From contig CP017315.1 of the NCBI GenBank assembly GCA_002005325.1, positions 419,184 to 483,183 of the forward strand: 64,000 nt of DNA, written 5' to 3'. The position numbers were made by a program, and so were the translations under genes. Below, piece after piece: positions 59,684-64,000 of the stretch. Numbering within the stretch: position 1 is the stretch's first letter; each line of letters begins with the position of its first letter. The stretch is from Candidatus Tokpelaia hoelldobleri (GTDB taxonomy: Bacteria; Pseudomonadota; Alphaproteobacteria; Rhizobiales; Rhizobiaceae). Below the pieces are notes generated by a model. The model did no database searches. It was not told the DNA's origin and saw only the letters and a program-made list of their open reading frames with translations.

Positions 59684-61252
59684 TCAAGACTTTGTTTTCC
59701 GGCGGAAGTTCTGCCGTATAGCGGCAAGGCTTGCTCCGCCGGTCAGAAACACCATGCTGAAATAAACAGCCGCCGCGCTGATAACCAATAAAACAAGGGC
59801 CAGCGCCCGGACCATGAAAGGTGCGGCTGGATCAAGCTGGGCGGCAAGCCAGCCTTTGGCAAACCAGATGGCCAGCCCCATGACAAAAGCGCTGAAGATG
59901 AAAGAGGCGGCGCTTTTGCGCAATTGCTGGCCGCGGCGCCAGTGCCCGCGCAGAATGAGGGTTGCGAAAAGCAGAACAGCATTAACCCAGCCGGCAGTGA
60001 TTTCGGCAATGGCGATACCGATAACATGAAGATAGGGAAACAGCGTGAGTGCCAGTGTGATATTGGTAACCACTGAAAAAGCGGCGAAAATCATCGGTGT
60101 GCGCGTGTCTTCACGGGCAAAAAAGCCGGGTATGAAGGCTTTTATCAGGACAAAAGCGGGCAGGCCAAGGCCATAGACAGCTAAAATACCGGCAACTGTC
60201 ACTGTGGATTGAGCGTTAAATTGCCCGCGCTCAAACAAAAGCTGCACAATCGGCTGGGAAATCACTAAAAACGCCGCCGCCGCCGGCAGGGTCAGCAACA
60301 GGGTGAATTTGACCGACTGGTTTTGCAGGCGGGCGGCGTCCTGATGTTTTTTGGCGCGCAAGGCGCGGGCCAATTCCGGCAGCAGGACGGTTCCCACCGC
60401 AATGCCGATGACGCCAAGCGGCAGCTGATACAGCCGGTCAGCGTAAGCGAGCGAGGAAACCGCACCCGCCTGGCCAGAGGCGATCGCCGTATTGATGAGC
60501 AGGTTGATTTGCGTGATGCCGCCGGTAATGGCGGCCGGCAGCGCCAGTATCAGCAGCCGGCGCACATTGGCGGTAAAATGCGGTAACCGCAGGCTGATTT
60601 TCATACCGGCGCGGCGTAACGCCCCCCAGACAATGATGAGCTGCACCAGCCCTGCCGCCATGACGCTCCAGGAAAGCGCCAGCCCGATATGCCAGACATC
60701 CAGTTTGCTGAACCATGCCCATATCAGCACGCCGATGAGGATAACATTAAGAAATACCGGCGCGATTGCCGCCGCGAAATAGCGGTGCAGCGCGTTGAGC
60801 ATTCCCCCCATCATGGCCGCAAGCGACATACAGGTGAGATAGGGAAACATGATGGTAGCGAGGCGAACCGTTGCCTGATATTTTTCCGCGTCACTGGTGA
60901 AACCCGGCGCGATAATGGCCGCGACCAGAAACGGCATGGCAAGCTCCATGGCGATTGTCAGCAGCAACAGAACAGAAAACAGCACGCCGAAAACTTCTGT
61001 CGCGAATTTGGTGGCGCCTTCCTTGCCCTCCTCTTCTATCTGGCGGGCAAACAACGGCACAAAAGCGGCGTTGAACGCCCCTTCGGCAAACAGCCGCCGG
61101 AAGGTGTTGGGAAAGCGGAAAGCCGCGTTGAACGCGTCGGCCACTGTGCCTGTGCCCACGGCCGCCGCCATCAGTGTTTCGCGGATAAAGCCGAAAATAC
61201 GGCTCATCATTGTGCCGGACGCAACCGTGGCGAATTTTTTAATCAGGCTCAT
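59684..61252 (-). CDS. murJ: Lipid II flippase MurJ (MviN)
   Basis: About 522 aa from [25 protein letters not shown], with 14 TM. Its start overlaps the glnD stop by 14 nt. Confidence 0.9.
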   Translation of the reverse strand: MSLIKKFATVASGTMMSRIFGFIRETLMAAAVGTGTVADAFNAAFRFPNTFRRLFAEGAFNAAFVPLFARQIEEEGKEGATKFATEVFGVLFSVLLLLTIAMELAMPFLVAAIIAPGFTSDAEKYQATVRLATIMFPYLTCMSLAAMMGGMLNALHRYFAAAIAPVFLNVILIGVLIWAWFSKLDVWHIGLALSWSVMAAGLVQLIIVWGALRRAGMKISLRLPHFTANVRRLLILALPAAITGGITQINLLINTAIASGQAGAVSSLAYADRLYQLPLGVIGIAVGTVLLPELARALRAKKHQDAARLQNQSVKFTLLLTLPAAAAFLVISQPIVQLLFERGQFNAQSTVTVAGILAVYGLGLPAFVLIKAFIPGFFAREDTRTPMIFAAFSVVTNITLALTLFPYLHVIGIAIAEITAGWVNAVLLFATLILRGHWRRGQQLRKSAASFIFSAFVMGLAIWFAKGWLAAQLDPAAPFMVRALALVLLVISAAAVYFSMVFLTGGASLAAIRQNFRRKTKS

Positions 61253-63980
61253 GGTTTTCTTTCTGTACAGGCGCAAAAACCGCCAGCAAACGGCGCTTGA
61301 TTGTCCGCTGACGCTGTAAATCGGTGATTTTATGGCCGACAAGATCGGTGACATAAAATGTATCTATAACCTTTTCGCCGAATGTGTTGATATGCGCCGA
61401 GGCAATATCCAGCGCCATGTCGGCAATCACCCGTGTCAGTTCGCTCAAAAGCCCCGGACGGTCAAGCCCCTTGATTTCAAGAACACTGAATTTATTGGAA
61501 AAGTTATTGTTGATGTCCACCCGCGGCGGCCGGTCAAAAGCGTGGCGCAAGTCTTTGCGGGCCGGCTGCGCCGCTATCATGTCCGGCAGGCGGATTTTGC
61601 CGCTTAAAGCATTTTCGATCATGCGCCCGACATTGCGGGCGCGGCGTTCTTCATCTGCATCATGGGCAAAGGCACGGCTGATGAGAATACGGTCAAGGCC
61701 GCGGCCATCGGTTGTTGTAAAGATTTGTGCGTCAACAATATTGGCGCCTGCAGATGCACAGGAACCGGTGATGATGGATAACAGGCGCGGATGGTCGGGA
61801 GCAAGAATGGTGAGTTCTGTCACCGCTTCGAAGGCAAGCGGCCTGACCAGGATTGACAGCGCTTTGCCTTGCCTGTCGGCCTCCAGAATAAAACGGGCAT
61901 GGCGCAACTGGTTTTGTGGTGCGACAGCCAGCCAATAGGGAGAATAATGCAGGGCAAGGCAGTGCTCAAGGGTTTTTCTGTCCCAATCCGGCAGGCGGGC
62001 GGCAAGGGCAGCTTTTGCCGCATTGACACGCGCGGCGCGTGGCATGTCAGAAGCGCCGTTTGTCAACATATGCCTGGTCTTGTGATAAAGTGTGCGCAAC
62101 AACTGTCCCTTCCAGCCGTTCCAGACATCGGGCCCAACACCTTTAATATCGCAAATGGTCAGGACAAGCAGCAATTGCAGCCGCTCGACAGTTTGCACAA
62201 CACCGGCAAAATCCGCAATCGTTTTATGGTCATTCAAATCGCGTGATTGCGCCACCATGTTCATGGTCAGATGCTCGCGCACAAGCCAGGCGATGGTGTC
62301 TGTTTCTTCACGATCAAGCCCGAAACGCGGGCACAGTTTACGGGCGATTTTTTCACCCGCCGGCGCATGGTGCTCTGCCCGTCCCTTGGCGATGTCATGC
62401 AGGAACAGGGCGGGATAGAGAATGCGGCGCTTGCGGTGAATCAGGTCAAGCAGGGAATGGGCAAGCGGATGTTCCTTGTCCGTCTGGCCTTTTTCAATAC
62501 GGGAAAGATGATCGATACAGCGCAGCAAATGTTCATCCACCGTATAATGATGATACATGTTGAATTGCGTCATGGCGACGATCTTGCCGAAATCGGGGAT
62601 GAATTTGCCCAGGATGCCGCTTTCATTCATCCGCCGCAAAACAAGGGCGGGATTGCGCGGTGATGTGACAATATCAACAAACAGCGCATTGGCGATTTTG
62701 TTTTCGCGCAAGGCCGTGTTGACCAGCCTGAGCGAACGGCTGAGCTGCTGCATGGCGTGCGGGTGCAGTGCCAGCCTGTATGTGTCGGCAAGGTGGAAAA
62801 TCCGTATCAGATTGACGGGGTCACGTGTAAAGATCTGGTCATTGGAAAGGGTGAGGCGATGGTTTTCAACGATAAAATCCGCACTGTCAGGAATTTTTCC
62901 TGTCTCCCGTGTCCGGGGCGGGGCAGTTCGGTCAAGGCCGGATACAGTTTTGGCCTGCCGGTCTTCCAACGCCGCGCAGATAATGCGGGTGAGGTTGCCC
63001 ACCTGCCTGGCGGTGAGAAAATAATGTTTCATGAAACGCTCGACATCTTCCAGCCCGGGATGGTCTGTATAGCCGAGCCGATGGGCAATTTCACGCTGAA
63101 GATCAAAGGACAGCTTGTCCTGCGCGCGCGCCGTGACAAAATGCAGATGGCAGCGCACGGTCCACAAAAAGTCCGCCGCCTTTTGAAAAAGGTGTGCTTC
63201 CTGCCGTGAAAGCACGCCGTGCTGCACCAGTTGGTCAGGTGCGGTGATGCGGTAATGATAGCGCGCAATCCAGACAAGGGTTTGCAGATCACGCAAACCG
63301 CCTTTGCTTTCCTTGACGTCGGGTTCAACCAGGTAACGGGTTTCCCCGGCCTTTTTCAGCCGCGCGTCCCGCTCGGCAAGCTTGGCGCGGATAAATTCCG
63401 GCGCGCTGCCTGCGACCACTTCTGTTGCAAAGCGGCTGGCGAGGTCATCAAACAGGGCTTTTCCGCCTGTGAGATAGCGCGCTTCCAGCAAGGCGGTGCG
63501 CACGGTTATATCCTGTTGCCCCATGCGGATGGCTTCGGAAACATTGCGGGTGGAATGACCGACTTTCAGTCCGCAGTCCCACAGCAGATAGAGCATGTAT
63601 TCCATCACCTGCTCACACCATGGGGTGCGTTTCCATGGCAGCAGAAACATCAGGTCAATATCCGAATAAGGCGCAAGGGTCCCGTGCCCGTAGCCGCCAA
63701 CGGCAACCAGCGTGATATGTTCTGCCTGCGAGGGGTTGCCGGGCGGATAAATATGGCCGGTAACGAATTCGTAAAGCGTGGAAATGATGGCATCAGTCAT
63801 CCGGCACAGGCGCTGAGCGCAAGAACGGCCCTTGTTTTCTGCCAGCAGCAGGGCTTCGCAGTGTTTGCGTTCCTGCCGGATCTGCTCTTTAACGCGTGCT
63901 GTCACTGCGGCACGCAATTGCGCCGGCTTGCCTGCCGGTATTTTACATGCCAGTTGCGCCAGAACGGCGGCGTCAAACAT
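61239..63980 (-). CDS. glnD: Bifunctional [protein-PII] uridylyltransferase/uridylyl-removing enzyme
   Basis: 913 aa with a nucleotidyltransferase domain (GGYGHGTLAPYSDIDL), an HD domain (HHYTVDEH, LFLHDIAKG) and two C-terminal ACT domains. Confidence 0.95.
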   Translation of the reverse strand: MFDAAVLAQLACKIPAGKPAQLRAAVTARVKEQIRQERKHCEALLLAENKGRSCAQRLCRMTDAIISTLYEFVTGHIYPPGNPSQAEHITLVAVGGYGHGTLAPYSDIDLMFLLPWKRTPWCEQVMEYMLYLLWDCGLKVGHSTRNVSEAIRMGQQDITVRTALLEARYLTGGKALFDDLASRFATEVVAGSAPEFIRAKLAERDARLKKAGETRYLVEPDVKESKGGLRDLQTLVWIARYHYRITAPDQLVQHGVLSRQEAHLFQKAADFLWTVRCHLHFVTARAQDKLSFDLQREIAHRLGYTDHPGLEDVERFMKHYFLTARQVGNLTRIICAALEDRQAKTVSGLDRTAPPRTRETGKIPDSADFIVENHRLTLSNDQIFTRDPVNLIRIFHLADTYRLALHPHAMQQLSRSLRLVNTALRENKIANALFVDIVTSPRNPALVLRRMNESGILGKFIPDFGKIVAMTQFNMYHHYTVDEHLLRCIDHLSRIEKGQTDKEHPLAHSLLDLIHRKRRILYPALFLHDIAKGRAEHHAPAGEKIARKLCPRFGLDREETDTIAWLVREHLTMNMVAQSRDLNDHKTIADFAGVVQTVERLQLLLVLTICDIKGVGPDVWNGWKGQLLRTLYHKTRHMLTNGASDMPRAARVNAAKAALAARLPDWDRKTLEHCLALHYSPYWLAVAPQNQLRHARFILEADRQGKALSILVRPLAFEAVTELTILAPDHPRLLSIITGSCASAGANIVDAQIFTTTDGRGLDRILISRAFAHDADEERRARNVGRMIENALSGKIRLPDMIAAQPARKDLRHAFDRPPRVDINNNFSNKFSVLEIKGLDRPGLLSELTRVIADMALDIASAHINTFGEKVIDTFYVTDLVGHKITDLQRQRTIKRRLLAVFAPVQKENHEPD

Positions 63981-64000
63981 GGTATCTGGTTTTGTTGCAG

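Overview
The window looks like a core chromosomal segment of an alphaproteobacterium, probably Hyphomicrobiales/Rhizobiales. Supporting evidence is the glnD-murJ-trpS-usp-nfu synteny, groES-groEL behind a CIRCE operator, a gnnA/gnnB-like pair and a long-form leuA. This assignment rests on family knowledge only, because no database search was possible. I call about 58 protein genes and one tRNA-Met(CAU).

Gene content by theme:
- Copper handling: copA with two HMA domains, and a PCuAC chaperone.
- Acetate uptake: yjcH-actP.
- Envelope and LPS remodelling: asmA, ugd, an ArnT-like GT39, a LAB_N protein, an ArnC-like GT2, and the gnnAB-like pair.
- Transport: an RND pump pair, a split dipeptide system (dppBCDF convergent with dppA-pepT), and a polar amino-acid ABC system.
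- Metal homeostasis: a cobW/COG0523-WD40 operon.
- Housekeeping: ettA, leuA, recR, groESL, trpS, murJ, glnD.

I see no CRISPR array, transposase, integrase, phage gene or recognisable defence or toxin-antitoxin module. I cannot honestly point to a multi-gene novel system.

The most unusual signals are non-coding or single-gene:
1. A perfect 44-bp palindrome between a creatininase-family gene and cobW.
2. A 27-nt hairpin repeat family (GCACAAAC..GTTTGTGC) bracketing leuA.
3. A Leu-rich leader ORF plus hairpin upstream of leuA.
4. An AT-rich accessory-looking stretch next to the tRNA, carrying an exported PhlG/phloretin-hydrolase-like gene.
5. An orphan secreted internal-repeat mini-protein behind three helically phased TGTGATTT repeats.
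6. A cytochrome b561-YceI fusion next to a stand-alone yceI.
7. Several tandem or phased promoter-region repeats.

All functional calls come from motif and family recognition by eye. Start codons were refined by hand where an SD-like sequence supported it.
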